DNA from: a phage
Reading direction: 5' to 3' (one strand)
Assembly (NCBI GenBank): GCA_012557565.1
Contig: GCA_012557565.1_3926.1
DNA length: 64,000 bases
In this document: one piece after another, positions 42,227 to 56,641 of the stretch
Position numbering within the stretch: position 1 is the first letter of the stretch
Layout of the letters: every line of letters starts with the position of its first letter
Translations under genes and position numbers: made by a program
The notes under the pieces: model-generated
What the model was told of the DNA's origin: nothing
Databases searched by the model: none
Seen by the model: only the letters and a program-made list of their open reading frames with translations

Positions 42227-42628
42227 ATGAAAACTGAAACTAAAATGATTAATGGCAAGAAGGTAACTATTATTCTTCTTGGAGCTAGAGATGGTATCCG
42301 TATCTCTATGAAGCTTGGTAAAGCAGTTGTACCAGCATTTGCACAGATGTTCTCTGGACTAACCTCAAAAGATGGAGAGGTGAAAGTTCCCTTTAAAGAG
42401 CTTGTAGAAGCTTGCTTTGAAAAGGTTGATGAACTGGATATTGATGCAATGGCAGAGACACTATTTCAGGGGGCAACGGTTAATGACTTCCCACTGAAAA
42501 TTGATAGTTACTTCCAAGCAAACTATGGTGAATTTATTGACTTCTTAGCATTTGCTCTGGAGGCAAACTTCGGAAGTTTTTTCGAGGCAAGCATTTTCAA
42601 AAGCCTAACTTCTCAGCAGGAAGGTTAA
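42227..42628 (+). CDS. tail assembly chaperone (G-like, upstream frame)
   Basis: 133-aa ORF between tube and tape measure; contains slippery heptamer T_TTT_TTC near its 3' end. Confidence 0.55.
   Translation: MKTETKMINGKKVTIILLGARDGIRISMKLGKAVVPAFAQMFSGLTSKDGEVKVPFKELVEACFEKVDELDIDAMAETLFQGATVNDFPLKIDSYFQANYGEFIDFLAFALEANFGSFFEASIFKSLTSQQEG
42577..42583 (+). other. putative -1 programmed ribosomal frameshift site (T_TTT_TTC)
   Basis: Heptamer is in the XXXYYYZ register of ORF 42227-42628; the -1 frame is open from 42583 through ORF 42637-42864 (hand-checked, no stop). Confidence 0.55.
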
Positions 42629-42636
42629 GTTATTCT

Positions 42637-42864
42637 ATGCAGACCCCGCTGACTGACGGGGCTGTAGAGGCAACTTATCAAGAAGCAGATGAGATGAAAT
42701 TTGTGCTTGCTATTTACGGTATGGACGGGTGTAAAGAAACACTCGACCAACTTTTTAATATGACATTCGTTGACTTATTATCTCTGCGTCAGTATCTGGA
42801 AATCCAGAAGTCATATAAAGAGGAATTGGCTTACAACGAACTTAGAAAAGCAGGTAAAATTTAA
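42637..42864 (+). CDS. tail assembly chaperone frameshift extension (GT-like C-terminal part)
   Basis: 75-aa ORF in the -1 frame relative to upstream chaperone, ending at tape measure start. Confidence 0.5.
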   Translation: MQTPLTDGAVEATYQEADEMKFVLAIYGMDGCKETLDQLFNMTFVDLLSLRQYLEIQKSYKEELAYNELRKAGKI

Positions 42865-45097
42865 TGGCACAATATACAGTTGATAGTTTTATTGTTGAAC
42901 TTGGATTCAGTGAAAAGGTTGTTAAGGGTTTACAGAGAGTTGAGAAAATGGCTATGCAGTCTGCTCAACGTATCGAACGTAATATTAATAAAGCCTTTGA
43001 CGTGAAACCTAATAAGAGTTCCCAAGACGCTCTAAACAGACTTGTAAAGAATGCTCAGACTGCTTCAGGCAGAATCAATAAAGCACTCAACAACTCCCTT
43101 AACCTTGATTCACAAGGTGTTAAATCTCTTAAAAGACTGGAAACTCAAGGTAGAAAAACTGCCAAGGGAATTAACAAGGCTTTAAGAGACGCTATGAAAG
43201 TTGATGGAAAAGTAACTATTCGTGGTGGTAGAAAAGGTGGTACTGGTTTCCCTCCTACAGGTGGGAGTGGCAACCCAAGACCTACAAGACCGGATATTGC
43301 TCAGAGACAGATGGAAAGAATGTTTAACAACAACTTCTATTCTGGTCTGACACGTCGCCTTGAAACTATTGGTGGACAAGGCAACCAAATGGCAGCTTCC
43401 TTCAGAGGAAACTTACAAGGTCTTTATAACAAATATAAGGGAACTGGTAAAGTCGGTGAATATGAGATGGAAGTCAAAAAGCTCATTGACGTTACCAAGC
43501 GTTGGGTTATTGCAGAAAATGCTAGACTCAAGTCAGTCAGAGAATCAGCTTGGCTTCAGGAAAGAGCTAACTCATCTCTACGTCAGATGATTGGTGGTTT
43601 TGTTTCAGCTTATGCAGCCTTAGAATTGGCTCAGAAAACGATTGATGCAGGTGTTAAAAGACAGTCTGCACAGTTAGCCTCAACAGCTATCTTTGGAGCA
43701 GATACACAACAAGCTAGAATGTTCGCTGCAACATTTGCTCACCAGATTGGTCAGAGTTACACAAGCACTATGAAACAGTATTCAAACTTTGCTGCTGGTG
43801 CTCAACCTGCACTTGGTTTTGAAGGGACTCAAGAGTTCTACAAGAATGCTGCTATGTTCTCCCGTATCAGGGGTGCTAGTGATGAAGACTTGAAAGGTAT
43901 CATGGTTGCTTTCCAACAGATGGCATCTAAAGGTAAGATTCAGGCTGAAGAACTTCGTGGGCAGTTAGGTGACCGTTTAGCAGGTGCTGTACAGCTATTC
44001 GCTGATGCTATTGGTAAGACACCACAAGAACTTGATAAACTTATGAAAGATGGTAAGCTTCTTGCTAATGAAGTTCTACCAAAAGTCTCTGAGAGAATGG
44101 CTGAACTCGTAGAAGCAGCAGGTGGTATGAATGCCGTATCTAAGCAGACAGCTACCTCAATGGGTCAAGCAAAAGCTATGTGGGATAACACGCTTGTAGC
44201 ACTGTTCAACAACTCTAGTGAAGGTATTTCACAACTCTCTAACTCTATTGCAATGTTCTTGCAAGGTTCACTTGGTACATCTCAGGCACTTGGTACAGGT
44301 ATTGGTTACCTTTTGAAAGGTGCTAGTAACCTTCTGGACTTTGTGACAGACATTATGTATCGCATCTCTTCATTGTACTACACCTCAATGGGGTATTTCA
44401 AAGAGTTGGATGCAAGCCAACAGAAACTAATTAAAGATTCTGCTGAGTTAGTTGCAACATTCACAGCTATTGGTGTTGCAATTGCAGCTATTACAAAAGT
44501 TGCTAAAATCTTTGGTGGTACTGTAGCATTTGTCAAGAGTATTTTTGAAGAAGGTATCTTAGCTAAGATTGCACAGAAGTTTGGGTTAACTACAGCAGCA
44601 GAAACAGCAGCTACAACGGCTGGTGTATCAGCAACCAGAATGGCTCTTGGTGTAGGTGGTTCTGCATTAATGTTATCTGGTTCAGTTGACAAGAATGCTG
44701 GAAAGAGATTTAACGAGGTTAACACACCTAATCCTTTCAATGAAGCTATCTCAGGAATCACTAATCCAAAACGTCCAATGTTCTTTGACCAGAATGGACA
44801 ACTTCAGTTTGCACAATATACCACAGACACTTCTGGAAATATTCAGAGGGTTGATAATGGTTTGTCAAATTGGGATATTATCATGAACAACCTGTCTGAG
44901 TCTCTAAATAACTTTGCAAACAAGTTTAACCAGACACCTATGATGATGACTCCCTCTGGACTACCATTGCAAACTAAGCAGACGCTTAACGTTTCCTTTA
45001 ATCTGGATGGTAAGCAGATTGCTACTAAGATGGTGGATATCACTGATAAGAGTCAGGAAGATATTCTGTTAAACTCTAGCTACCCAGAGGATGAATA

Positions 45098-45098
<1 letters not shown>
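42864..45098 (+). CDS. tail tape measure protein
   Basis: 744-aa ORF after chaperone pair; helical N-terminal part and Gly/Ala-rich hydrophobic C-terminal segment. Confidence 0.65.
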
Positions 45099-47859
<2,761 letters not shown>

Positions 47860-47860
<1 letters not shown>

Positions 47861-48276
47861 TGAAAACAGATTTTGCAATCAATCTTGGTGGTGACTACGT
47901 AGCTAAATTAGGAAATGATTCTGTATACGTTGCTCACGGAGATTTAAAAATTACGGGTAATCAGATTAGAATTATCCCAGAAGACGATAAAGCTACTCAG
48001 GTAGCTCAAAGATTACATATTAGGTGTCTTCTAAGGGCTGGAGAGGTATTCTTTAATACATCTGCTGGATTCCCTTATTTACAGCTTGCTAAGTTCAAGC
48101 AGAAGACCTCTATTTTTGATAATTATATGAAAGGTTACCTTGTTGAAACGAGAGATGTAACAAACATCTACAACTACTCTTCAACAATGGATAATGCAAT
48201 GAGAAAAGTGTCAGTAAGATTTAATGCAACGACAACTACTGACGATGTTGAAATTAATACAGAGGTAAACATTTAA
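47860..48276 (+). CDS. hypothetical baseplate protein (wedge-subunit-sized)
   Basis: 138-aa ORF. Confidence 0.4.
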
Positions 48277-49745
48277 TGGCTGGATTAACAACTACAGGTT
48301 TACAAACAAAAAGATATCAAGAAATCTTGGATGATGTTAAAGCAAGTCTGTATAGAGATATCTCACCAAACCTTGATGTTTCTGAAGATAGCGAACTTGG
48401 GTTATTCTTAGCTTCTGTTTGCCGAGGTCTTGCAGACGTTCATGAAATCTTGTCAGAAATCTATGATGGTGGTACTATTGACAAAGCTGAAGGATTCAGT
48501 TTAGATGATGTAACAGCTTTGAATGCTGTATACAGATATGTGGCACAGGCTACAAGAGGTCAAGCTGAGTTCACTGGTAATTCTGGTGCTCCTGTACCAG
48601 CCACTACAAGACTAAGAAGCACAGCAGGTAATATCTTTTACCCTGTGTCAACTTTCACGCTGACTCCATCTTACTGTGTAGAGGCAAACTTAGAAGTTAA
48701 CTCTTTACGAACAGATGCAAACTATGTTATTATCATTGACAACATTGAGTATTCATATCAGCCGACTAGCTCTGATACCATTACAACATTGCTACAGAAA
48801 CTTGCAGATGCTATCAATGGTGGTATTATTGCAAAGGCTGAAGTTATTAATGATGGCTCAGTTCTAAGAATCTATAAAGACACTGGAGATATCATTGCCA
48901 GAACTAACCCTATGGTTGTTACTGCAACGACATTCTTAACATTTACAAAGATTACTTCAATCAGTGACGTTGTAGCAGATGAAACTGGAGCTATCCAGAC
49001 TCTTGCAGGAACCTTGATTGAGATTGAAACAACTGTAGATGGTCTTGATAGTGTTTTCAACAGATATGACTTGACAACAGGTCGTGATGAGGAAACTGAC
49101 ACAGAACTGAGACAGCGTTACTTAGAATCTCTGGCTGTTACTGGTGTAGGTACTCTAGATGCTATTGTAGCTGCTGTCAAGAGAGTGCAAGGTGTGTCTG
49201 ATGCTTCTGGTGTAGAAAATGATACTGAGACAACAAACGCTGACGGTCTTCCTCCGAAGTCTTTTAAGATTGTTGTAGTTGGTGGTCAGAATGATAATAT
49301 TGCACAGGCAATCTGGGACACGAAACCTGCTGGTATTCGCCCATTTGGTACAATCTTTGGTACTGCATATGACTTAGGTTCTCTTCCTCACGACGTTTAC
49401 TTTAGTAGACCAATGCCTAAATACGTTTTTGTCAAGGTTACTTACTCTCTTTACGATGAAGAAACTCTTAACATCCCTGAACAGGATATTCATGACAGAA
49501 TTGTTCAAGGCATTAATGCCTACGGTAGAACTTTGAAAGTTGGTAATGATGTAATCCCTAACAGAATCTATGGACATATCTATGATGTAATTCAGGGTAT
49601 CGAGATTAATGAGATTAAGGTTGCACTTTCAAATAACCAAGCAATTCCACCTGCTGAGGGGCAGTACACAACTTCAAGAATCACTATTGATGGTGACCAG
49701 TACACTGTTTGGGAAAGCTCACAGTATACAATTACCAAGGAGTAA
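48276..49745 (+). CDS. hypothetical baseplate protein
   Basis: 489-aa ORF. Confidence 0.45.
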   Translation: MAGLTTTGLQTKRYQEILDDVKASLYRDISPNLDVSEDSELGLFLASVCRGLADVHEILSEIYDGGTIDKAEGFSLDDVTALNAVYRYVAQATRGQAEFTGNSGAPVPATTRLRSTAGNIFYPVSTFTLTPSYCVEANLEVNSLRTDANYVIIIDNIEYSYQPTSSDTITTLLQKLADAINGGIIAKAEVINDGSVLRIYKDTGDIIARTNPMVVTATTFLTFTKITSISDVVADETGAIQTLAGTLIEIETTVDGLDSVFNRYDLTTGRDEETDTELRQRYLESLAVTGVGTLDAIVAAVKRVQGVSDASGVENDTETTNADGLPPKSFKIVVVGGQNDNIAQAIWDTKPAGIRPFGTIFGTAYDLGSLPHDVYFSRPMPKYVFVKVTYSLYDEETLNIPEQDIHDRIVQGINAYGRTLKVGNDVIPNRIYGHIYDVIQGIEINEIKVALSNNQAIPPAEGQYTTSRITIDGDQYTVWESSQYTITKE

Positions 49746-49747
49746 CA

Positions 49748-50605
49748 ATGTTTAAAAAGATTGAAAACTTTTATGAGAAAACATTGGACGAAAGAACTGT
49801 AACTCAATTCAAAGATAAGTTTATTTACACAAGTCTATTGAAATCTATCACAGATGAGTTACAATTATTAGAGGATATCAGTAATCAGTTATATACTGAA
49901 AGAAATATTCGTGTAGGTGTCGGCACACAACTTGATAACATCGGGGCTTTGATTAAAGTCCCTAGACCTATTGGTGCTGATGATGACACTTACAGAGCTA
50001 TCCTCTACATTCAAATTTTCTTAAGACGTTCTGACACCACACCAAACTTCTTACAAAGGGCTGTTATGACCCTTTACAACGCATCATTCAGTCAGATTTT
50101 TGAGCACATTACGCCAATGACTGGTGGAATTGTTATCCGTGTAAACACTCGAAATAACGTGTTAGATACAGCATACACACTTTCTAAGATTGCTGCAACA
50201 ACTATTGGTTCAGCAGTTATCCTTAGAGATGTTACCTTAAATGGTACTGCTTGGACTCCTGTAGAGGTTGCTGATTCATCTCTGGCAATCACTGATGAGA
50301 ACAATAACTGGTTTGTAACAAACACTAACAAGGGTCTTATTACGAACAACACAGGTGGCTCTCTAGAAGCAAATAAATTAGGTAGTTTTGCAGATACAGG
50401 TGTAAGAGATGGTTATGTAAGAGTGGATAAAACTGGTGGAAGTACCAGTAAAGATTATTTAAAAGTCAGCAAAACAAACAATAGCAACGACTATTTCATT
50501 GCTGGTAAAGAAAAAGTAGCAGGTGGTGATTATGGGATTATGGCAGAAGTCGCCCAAATCGTCAAAGGCAGAAAAGATAAATCTCAACAAGAAGGAAGTT
50601 CATAA
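49748..50605 (+). CDS. hypothetical baseplate/tail protein (start trimmed from track 49709 to ATG with SD AGGAG)
   Basis: ATG at 49748 directly follows upstream stop. Confidence 0.45.
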   Translation: MFKKIENFYEKTLDERTVTQFKDKFIYTSLLKSITDELQLLEDISNQLYTERNIRVGVGTQLDNIGALIKVPRPIGADDDTYRAILYIQIFLRRSDTTPNFLQRAVMTLYNASFSQIFEHITPMTGGIVIRVNTRNNVLDTAYTLSKIAATTIGSAVILRDVTLNGTAWTPVEVADSSLAITDENNNWFVTNTNKGLITNNTGGSLEANKLGSFADTGVRDGYVRVDKTGGSTSKDYLKVSKTNNSNDYFIAGKEKVAGGDYGIMAEVAQIVKGRKDKSQQEGSS

Positions 50606-50904
50606 TGTCTCTTTCATGGTCTACAGACACAGTTGATGCTGATGGTAACCAGCTTAAAGTTTTACCACCTCCAGAAATCCAAGCCACTGGCCTATTAAGG
50701 GGTGAACCTATGGGTCGTCAGTGGTTTAACTATATTATCAACTATTTGCTTAACAAAGTAAATGGTACGGTTGGAGAGGTTCGTTCATTTGCTACGGAGC
50801 AACCTGATTTAGTTTCCAATGGTTGGGAATTAATTGACACAGTAACAGGAACTGCACACACCAGCACGACTAACCTTTACACATATGAATATAAAGGGAG
50901 CTAA
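50605..50904 (+). CDS. hypothetical tail protein
   Basis: 99-aa ORF. Confidence 0.4.
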   Translation: MSLSWSTDTVDADGNQLKVLPPPEIQATGLLRGEPMGRQWFNYIINYLLNKVNGTVGEVRSFATEQPDLVSNGWELIDTVTGTAHTSTTNLYTYEYKGS

Positions 50905-50906
50905 TA

Positions 50907-52082
50907 ATGGCAGTCGGTGAAATTCAAATTAGTGCATTGCCTCAAGCCTCATTACCGATTGATTTAAGTGATATCTTTCACCTGAAGCAAGGTATTGAGG
51001 ATAAACGATGCACACTTGAGCAATTACTTGCTCCACACGCATCTTTAAGAAATAACCCACACGGTGTTACAAAGGTTCACGTAGAACTTGGTAATGTTGT
51101 TAACGCACTCCAATTAGTGGCTGCTAATAACTTGTCAGACGTGGTTAGTGTTGAAGAGGCTAGACAGAACCTTAATATTCTATCAAGTGATGAAGTTAAT
51201 GCCCTTATTCAAAATCACATTAATGACAAGAATAACCCTCACAACACTAACAAGATTCAAGTAGGTTTGTCTAATATTCAAAACTGGACATATTCAAACT
51301 CTTACTCTGAAGACGCTGATAAGTATGCTACTGCAAAAGCTGTGAATGCTTTATACAGAGCTATCCAGAATAGCTATCCAATTGGTACTATTCATTTGTC
51401 AGTTAACCCTGCAAACCCATCTACATATTTACTTTGTGGTGGTACTTGGGAGTTAGTTTCTAAAGGAAGGTCTCTTGTCGGTTATGACACAGATACAAGA
51501 CCTGTAGAGTCAGTATTTGGTTCTGCTACTGTAACACTTACACAAAATAACATTCCAAGTCACACACACTCTGTATTGTTAACTGGTGGTGGACACTCCC
51601 ATAATGCAACAGTAGTAATTTCTAGCTTTGACTATGGGACTAAGAGCACATCAAGTTTTGATTATGGTTCTAAGGCCACAAACGACTCTGGAAGCCACGC
51701 TCATAATGTTAATGGTTATGTAAGCAGTGCTGGTAGTCACAGCCACAGGATTCCATTAAGGGGTTCTGACAGGGGTGGTGTGAATGCTATTACGGCAACG
51801 GCTGATGCAGGTGTTGGTAATGCGTCATATACAGACTTTGATGGGGTTCACACACATACCTTCAACGTTAACTCTTCAGTTGGTGGTAACCACTCTCACA
51901 GTGTGTATATCGGAGCACATGGACACAGCGTTGCAATTGGTTCACATGGACACTCAGGTACTGTGACAGTTCAATCTTCTGAGCACACTCACTCAGGTAC
52001 AACTGGTGCATTTGGTGCTGGACAAGCATTTAATATTGAGCAACCTTCTTATGTTGTATATGTTTGGAAGAGAACTGCGTAA
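50907..52082 (+). CDS. tail fibre protein with HxH repeat region
   Basis: C-terminal half has repeated HxH and SHxH units and duplicated SFDYG(T/S)K; similar C-terminal segment in next ORF. Confidence 0.55.
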   Translation: MAVGEIQISALPQASLPIDLSDIFHLKQGIEDKRCTLEQLLAPHASLRNNPHGVTKVHVELGNVVNALQLVAANNLSDVVSVEEARQNLNILSSDEVNALIQNHINDKNNPHNTNKIQVGLSNIQNWTYSNSYSEDADKYATAKAVNALYRAIQNSYPIGTIHLSVNPANPSTYLLCGGTWELVSKGRSLVGYDTDTRPVESVFGSATVTLTQNNIPSHTHSVLLTGGGHSHNATVVISSFDYGTKSTSSFDYGSKATNDSGSHAHNVNGYVSSAGSHSHRIPLRGSDRGGVNAITATADAGVGNASYTDFDGVHTHTFNVNSSVGGNHSHSVYIGAHGHSVAIGSHGHSGTVTVQSSEHTHSGTTGAFGAGQAFNIEQPSYVVYVWKRTA

Positions 52083-52127
52083 TTATTTTATAAGGGGCTG
52101 TGCAGCCCCTAGAAAGAGGATTTATAA

Positions 52128-54503
52128 ATGGCTGAATATAAGCTAAGTGAGCTAAACAGTATTGATACAGTTCGCTCAGAAGATTTACTTCACCTAAGAG
52201 TTATCAAAAGGTCTGATATGCTAGGTGATGAAGACCGTAAAATGACCTATGCAAATTTCCTTACCTCTTTCAAACTAGAAAGATTCTTACAACTAACTGG
52301 TGGAGATATGGTAGGGAATCTTGGCATCGTTAAATTAAGATACGGTGGAAAAGACTTATTAGACCCAACAGGTTCTTCTGAGGTTATTCTTGGTGATACT
52401 GCCAAAACCTTTAGAATTAATGCGAGTGCTTTAAGATTAACTGTAAACGATGCCACAAGGTCTGCAACAGTTTATCACACACTTAATAAACCATCTCCTA
52501 ATGAATTAGGTATGAGAACTAATACTGAAAATGATGCAAGATATGCTATGAAGGAAACTGAAAATACTTTCTTGGCAAGACAAATCATTAATATCAACGG
52601 TGTTGGTCTAACACTTAAAAGCATCTTACCAGATGGTGGAGCATATATTGAAGCAAGGGATTCAAATAATGCTTTAAGATTCACAGTTGGTAACTTGACT
52701 TCTAGTACTGATGTTACATTAGTTAATAGTAAGGGTGCTACGTTGACTCTTGGCACAAACTCTGTTAGTGTTGATAAGAATTTTGAAATCAATGGTCAGG
52801 TTCAGCCTAATAACTGGAATAACCTTGATGCAAGATTCTTTACACAGACTGCTGCTGACCAGAGATTTGCAAAACTTAATGCAAGTAATAACTTTGTTGG
52901 GGTTAACAACTTCAATGGTAAGACTTATGTTATTGCAGATAGTAATGCACTTAACTTAAGAGCGGTTACAGAGAATGCTGCATTATTTATGCGTGGTTAT
53001 AACAGTGCTGGGACAGGAACTTGGTATGTAGGTCAACCAGATGGTACACAGTCTGAGATTGTTTTAGCAAACCAGATGACAAATGTTAACTTGAAAATTG
53101 CTACAGAGTTTTCATTTAACAAAGCTATCAATGTAGCTGGTCAGGTAAAACCAAGTGACTTTTCTAACTTTGATACAAGATATGTTCCAAGCTCTTTGAC
53201 GAACGTTCTTGCAAGAACTAATGCTGCAAACGTTTTTACTAGTCCACAGACTATCAATACTGACAGCGACAATCCTTTTAGACTACAGGCAACAGTACAA
53301 GACTCTGGAATCTACATGTCTGCACATAATGCTAATGGGAGCAGGAGATGGTGGTTGGGTATTGGTGATGCTGGTCAAAACAATGTGGTACTTAACAATG
53401 ATGTAACAGGAAAGGCAATCAATATTGGTACTGATTTAGATGTGAATACACATGTGAATATTGTTGGACAAGTAAGACCAAGCGATTGGTCAAACTTTGA
53501 CTCAAGATACTACACACAATCTGCTTCAAACTCAAGATATATGTTGTCTGGTGTATCTGGAACTGGAACAGAAGTAGGTGATGAAACAGGTGTTGCTTGG
53601 AATGCAAAAACAGGTTTGTACAATGTTACCAACTCAACTGGTGGGTCTACTCACTTAGTTTACCAAATGTACCTTGGAGTTGGTGCATCTACACCGACTG
53701 CACAGCTTAAATTTAACTACAAGAATACTGGAATCTATTATAGAACAGCAAGGGATGGATTTGGTTTTGAAGAGGTTTGGGCTAAAATCTACACAGACCA
53801 AGACAAACCTACACCCTCTGAACTTGGTGCTTACACCAAGGCTGAAGTAGACCAACGTATTGCTTCCGCTGTAACTGATGCTACAGACCTTAAAAAAGTG
53901 TATCCAGTTGGTATTGTGACGTTCTTTGCTTCTAATGTCAACCCAAATACAGCTTTCCCAGGCACTACTTGGACTTACTTGACAGAGGGTGCAAACAGAA
54001 CTATTAGAATTGGTTCTGCAAATGGTTCCGATGTGAAAGGTCTTGGTGGTTCTGATACGGTGGCTCTAAGTGTTGGTCACATCCCTGCGCACACTCACGG
54101 ATTCTCTGGAACGACTTCTTGGTTTGACTATGGAACTAAGTACACAGATGGTCAGGGTGCTCACGACCATGACAGAGGTAACATGGAAATCTCTGGTGAC
54201 TTTGGTTTCTTCAGAAGTGACGCAAACAGCTTTTATACAGCAAGTGGGGCATTTGCTATCTCAGGTTCACAAGCCTCTAGAGGTTATACTGGTTCACAAT
54301 TTACTTATGGTACACCGGTTAACTTCTTTGCTTCCAGAACTTGGACAGGTAGAACAAGCTGGGTAGGTGCTCATGCTCACGGTGTAGGTATTGGTGGGCA
54401 CAACCACACATTCAGTGGTAATACTGGTGCAACTGGTTCTGGTGCAGCATTCAGTGTTCTTAACACTTACATTAAATTAATGGCTTGGGTAAGAACTGAA
54501 TAA
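52128..54503 (+). CDS. tail fibre protein (long) with C-terminal HxH region
   Basis: 791-aa ORF; repetitive N/T/G-rich middle; C-terminus HIPAHTHGF...FDYGTKYTDGQGAHDHD...GAHAHGVGIGGHNHTF. Confidence 0.55.
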   Translation: MAEYKLSELNSIDTVRSEDLLHLRVIKRSDMLGDEDRKMTYANFLTSFKLERFLQLTGGDMVGNLGIVKLRYGGKDLLDPTGSSEVILGDTAKTFRINASALRLTVNDATRSATVYHTLNKPSPNELGMRTNTENDARYAMKETENTFLARQIININGVGLTLKSILPDGGAYIEARDSNNALRFTVGNLTSSTDVTLVNSKGATLTLGTNSVSVDKNFEINGQVQPNNWNNLDARFFTQTAADQRFAKLNASNNFVGVNNFNGKTYVIADSNALNLRAVTENAALFMRGYNSAGTGTWYVGQPDGTQSEIVLANQMTNVNLKIATEFSFNKAINVAGQVKPSDFSNFDTRYVPSSLTNVLARTNAANVFTSPQTINTDSDNPFRLQATVQDSGIYMSAHNANGSRRWWLGIGDAGQNNVVLNNDVTGKAINIGTDLDVNTHVNIVGQVRPSDWSNFDSRYYTQSASNSRYMLSGVSGTGTEVGDETGVAWNAKTGLYNVTNSTGGSTHLVYQMYLGVGASTPTAQLKFNYKNTGIYYRTARDGFGFEEVWAKIYTDQDKPTPSELGAYTKAEVDQRIASAVTDATDLKKVYPVGIVTFFASNVNPNTAFPGTTWTYLTEGANRTIRIGSANGSDVKGLGGSDTVALSVGHIPAHTHGFSGTTSWFDYGTKYTDGQGAHDHDRGNMEISGDFGFFRSDANSFYTASGAFAISGSQASRGYTGSQFTYGTPVNFFASRTWTGRTSWVGAHAHGVGIGGHNHTFSGNTGATGSGAAFSVLNTYIKLMAWVRTE

Positions 54504-54589
54504 TTACCTTGTTGACTAACTGTCAAGATGGTGTTAATATTTCTTAGTAGGTATTCTCACCATCTTGGCTCAAGAAGTAAGGTGATTAA

Positions 54590-54784
54590 ATGCCAACCAT
54601 TCTAGCAATCCTCATGAAAAACCTTGGGGCATTCTTTTGGAAGCTTCTTTTTTCTCTTCTCAGTGAATACATGATTGAAAAAGTGTTCTTTAAGCTTGCA
54701 AGATACCTTGCGAGTAAAACAGATACACCTATTGATGATGAATTTATAGATACCTTGGAAAAGGCTTTTAAAGGTGAGAAATAA
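54590..54784 (+). CDS. hypothetical small membrane protein
   Basis: 64-aa ORF with N-terminal hydrophobic segment. Confidence 0.4.
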   Translation: MPTILAILMKNLGAFFWKLLFSLLSEYMIEKVFFKLARYLASKTDTPIDDEFIDTLEKAFKGEK

Positions 54785-55158
54785 TGAAGTGGCTTGAAGA
54801 TGCTTTTAAGAATAATATTGGTGCAATCGTTGTAGGTATTTTCAGTGTAATTGGTATGTACACTACAATGCAGGTCTCTGATGGTAAACAGGAAGTGTCT
54901 ATCACAAATAAGTTACAGCAGTTGGATGGTTACTCAAAAGGTAACTATTCAGCTATTCGTGACTTACAATCTGATATGAAGCTCCTACAATTAGGGATGG
55001 AGAACCAGAAAGTTCAGCTAGAGAATGTTAAGGGAGAAAACGCTAAGTTGACTAAGACCCTTGATAAGTTCTCTGACAGTGTTAACAACTTAGCACAATC
55101 TGTATCAGCTTTGCAAGCAATTACAGAACAAAATACCCAAAGCACTAAAAAGAAATAA
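54784..55158 (+). CDS. hypothetical membrane-anchored coiled-coil protein
   Basis: N-terminal TM helix IGAIVVGIFSVIGMYTT then Gln/Lys/Leu-rich region. Confidence 0.45.
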   Translation: MKWLEDAFKNNIGAIVVGIFSVIGMYTTMQVSDGKQEVSITNKLQQLDGYSKGNYSAIRDLQSDMKLLQLGMENQKVQLENVKGENAKLTKTLDKFSDSVNNLAQSVSALQAITEQNTQSTKKK

Positions 55159-55164
55159 TTCTAA

Positions 55165-55190
55165 GGCTCCTTTTTACGGGAGCCTTTTTT
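55165..55190 (+). terminator. rho-independent terminator between convergent gene blocks
   Basis: GGCTCC-TTTTTAC-GGGAGCC hairpin followed by TTTTTT. Confidence 0.6.
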
Positions 55191-55194
55191 GTTT

Positions 55195-56094
55195 CTACTT
55201 ACCTACTGATAAAGGTGCTTCAATCTTACCAGCATGTTTATAGCCTTTCAATCCACCTAGGAAGTCATCTGCTGTCATATGTCTCAAGTCTTCAAGAGAC
55301 TTCAAATCTTGATGAATTTCAAACTTAGGTGCTGGAAACTCTTCATTGCCAAGAAGCTGAAAAACCTGCGACATATGGTTCTGATAGATTTGAGTATCAC
55401 CATAAGTCCCTATCAGATATCGCGGTGTATATCCCGTCAGTTTACACAACACTTCCAAGATAAAGGCATAGGAAGCAATGTTAAACGGTAACCCTAAGAA
55501 TGTATCACAAGAGCGCTGATACCATTTCAAATCAACCTCATTAGTGTTCGAGATATAAATCTGAAAAAGTACATGACAAGGTGCTAATGCCATAGAGTTA
55601 CTTGAGATATCTGCTGCATTCCATGCGTTAACGAGCATGTAACGGTCTGTAGGAGACTTTCTCATCTTCTCTACAAGATTACTCAACTGGTCTACAACAA
55701 CGCCACCATGACCTTCGTAGGCTCTCCATTGGACTCCGTAGATTCTTCCTCCAGCGTCCTCCAGCCAATCATTCTCTGTAGCATAGGTTGTTTTCAACCA
55801 ACGTTTAAAATCATCTGTCCAGATAGTCCAACGCTCTCCATCGTTCTCTCCCCAAGTTCTGTAACGCAAATGCCCTAGTTGATTTTCTCCGTTCATAAAC
55901 CATAATGCTTCACCGAGAACTTGACGCATAAATGTTTGTTTTGAGGTGATTAATGGAAATCCACTACGCATATCAAAACGAAACTCAGGTGGAGCAAATG
56001 TTGAAATCACTGAGCCAGTTCGGGTATTACGCAACTCACCAACCGATAAAACATGGTTTAAAATAGCTTTGTAGCTTACATCTGCTTGTGACAT
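55195..56094 (-). CDS. thyA: thymidylate synthase
   Basis: Active-site region PCHVLFQIYI and LGLPFNIASYAFILEVL, as in ThyA/T4 Td; 299 aa; adjacent to DHFR. Confidence 0.85.
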   Translation of the reverse strand: MSQADVSYKAILNHVLSVGELRNTRTGSVISTFAPPEFRFDMRSGFPLITSKQTFMRQVLGEALWFMNGENQLGHLRYRTWGENDGERWTIWTDDFKRWLKTTYATENDWLEDAGGRIYGVQWRAYEGHGGVVVDQLSNLVEKMRKSPTDRYMLVNAWNAADISSNSMALAPCHVLFQIYISNTNEVDLKWYQRSCDTFLGLPFNIASYAFILEVLCKLTGYTPRYLIGTYGDTQIYQNHMSQVFQLLGNEEFPAPKFEIHQDLKSLEDLRHMTADDFLGGLKGYKHAGKIEAPLSVGK

Positions 56095-56095
56095 A

Positions 56096-56641
56096 TTAGA
56101 AACGTCCTCTTACTTGTGGAACATAGGTATCAAACACCACAGACTTATCTTCTGATGGTTTGGACTGTACTTTAGCAAATAATTCTGTGTCATACAAGTA
56201 CTGGAAGAAACCCTCATAAGGTAGCTTGACAGTAGCCTCTTCAGTAACTTCCTTAATAACACTGTGGAAAACTACGTCAGCATACGGCAAAGCTGAGATT
56301 AAGATATTGGCTCCACCGATTACTAAAACATCTTCATCAATAGAACTATCAATATACTTCAGGAAAGCCCCAAAAGCTTCAGGCTTAACTCTTGCTTTAC
56401 AATGAGAGTCATCTTTAAAATCCAGACCATAAAAGTCAAGAGAGTTTGTCAAGACAATATTATCACGGTTTGGCAAAGGCTTGCTCCCAAGAGTCTTCCA
56501 AGTTTCGCTACCCATCAAGACTAACTGGTTAATAGTCTGCTTCTTAAACTCTGCCATATCTTGTTTATTACGAGGCCAAGGCATTCCAGTAGCTGTGCCA
56601 AACTCCCCGTTAATACCACTTGCAAAAATTAGCTTAATCAT
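56096..56641 (-). CDS. folA: dihydrofolate reductase
   Basis: N-terminal MIKLIFASGINGEFGTATGMPWP and VIGGANILISALPYADVV match the DHFR/T4 Frd pattern; immediately upstream of thyA. Confidence 0.8.
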   Translation of the reverse strand: MIKLIFASGINGEFGTATGMPWPRNKQDMAEFKKQTINQLVLMGSETWKTLGSKPLPNRDNIVLTNSLDFYGLDFKDDSHCKARVKPEAFGAFLKYIDSSIDEDVLVIGGANILISALPYADVVFHSVIKEVTEEATVKLPYEGFFQYLYDTELFAKVQSKPSEDKSVVFDTYVPQVRGRF

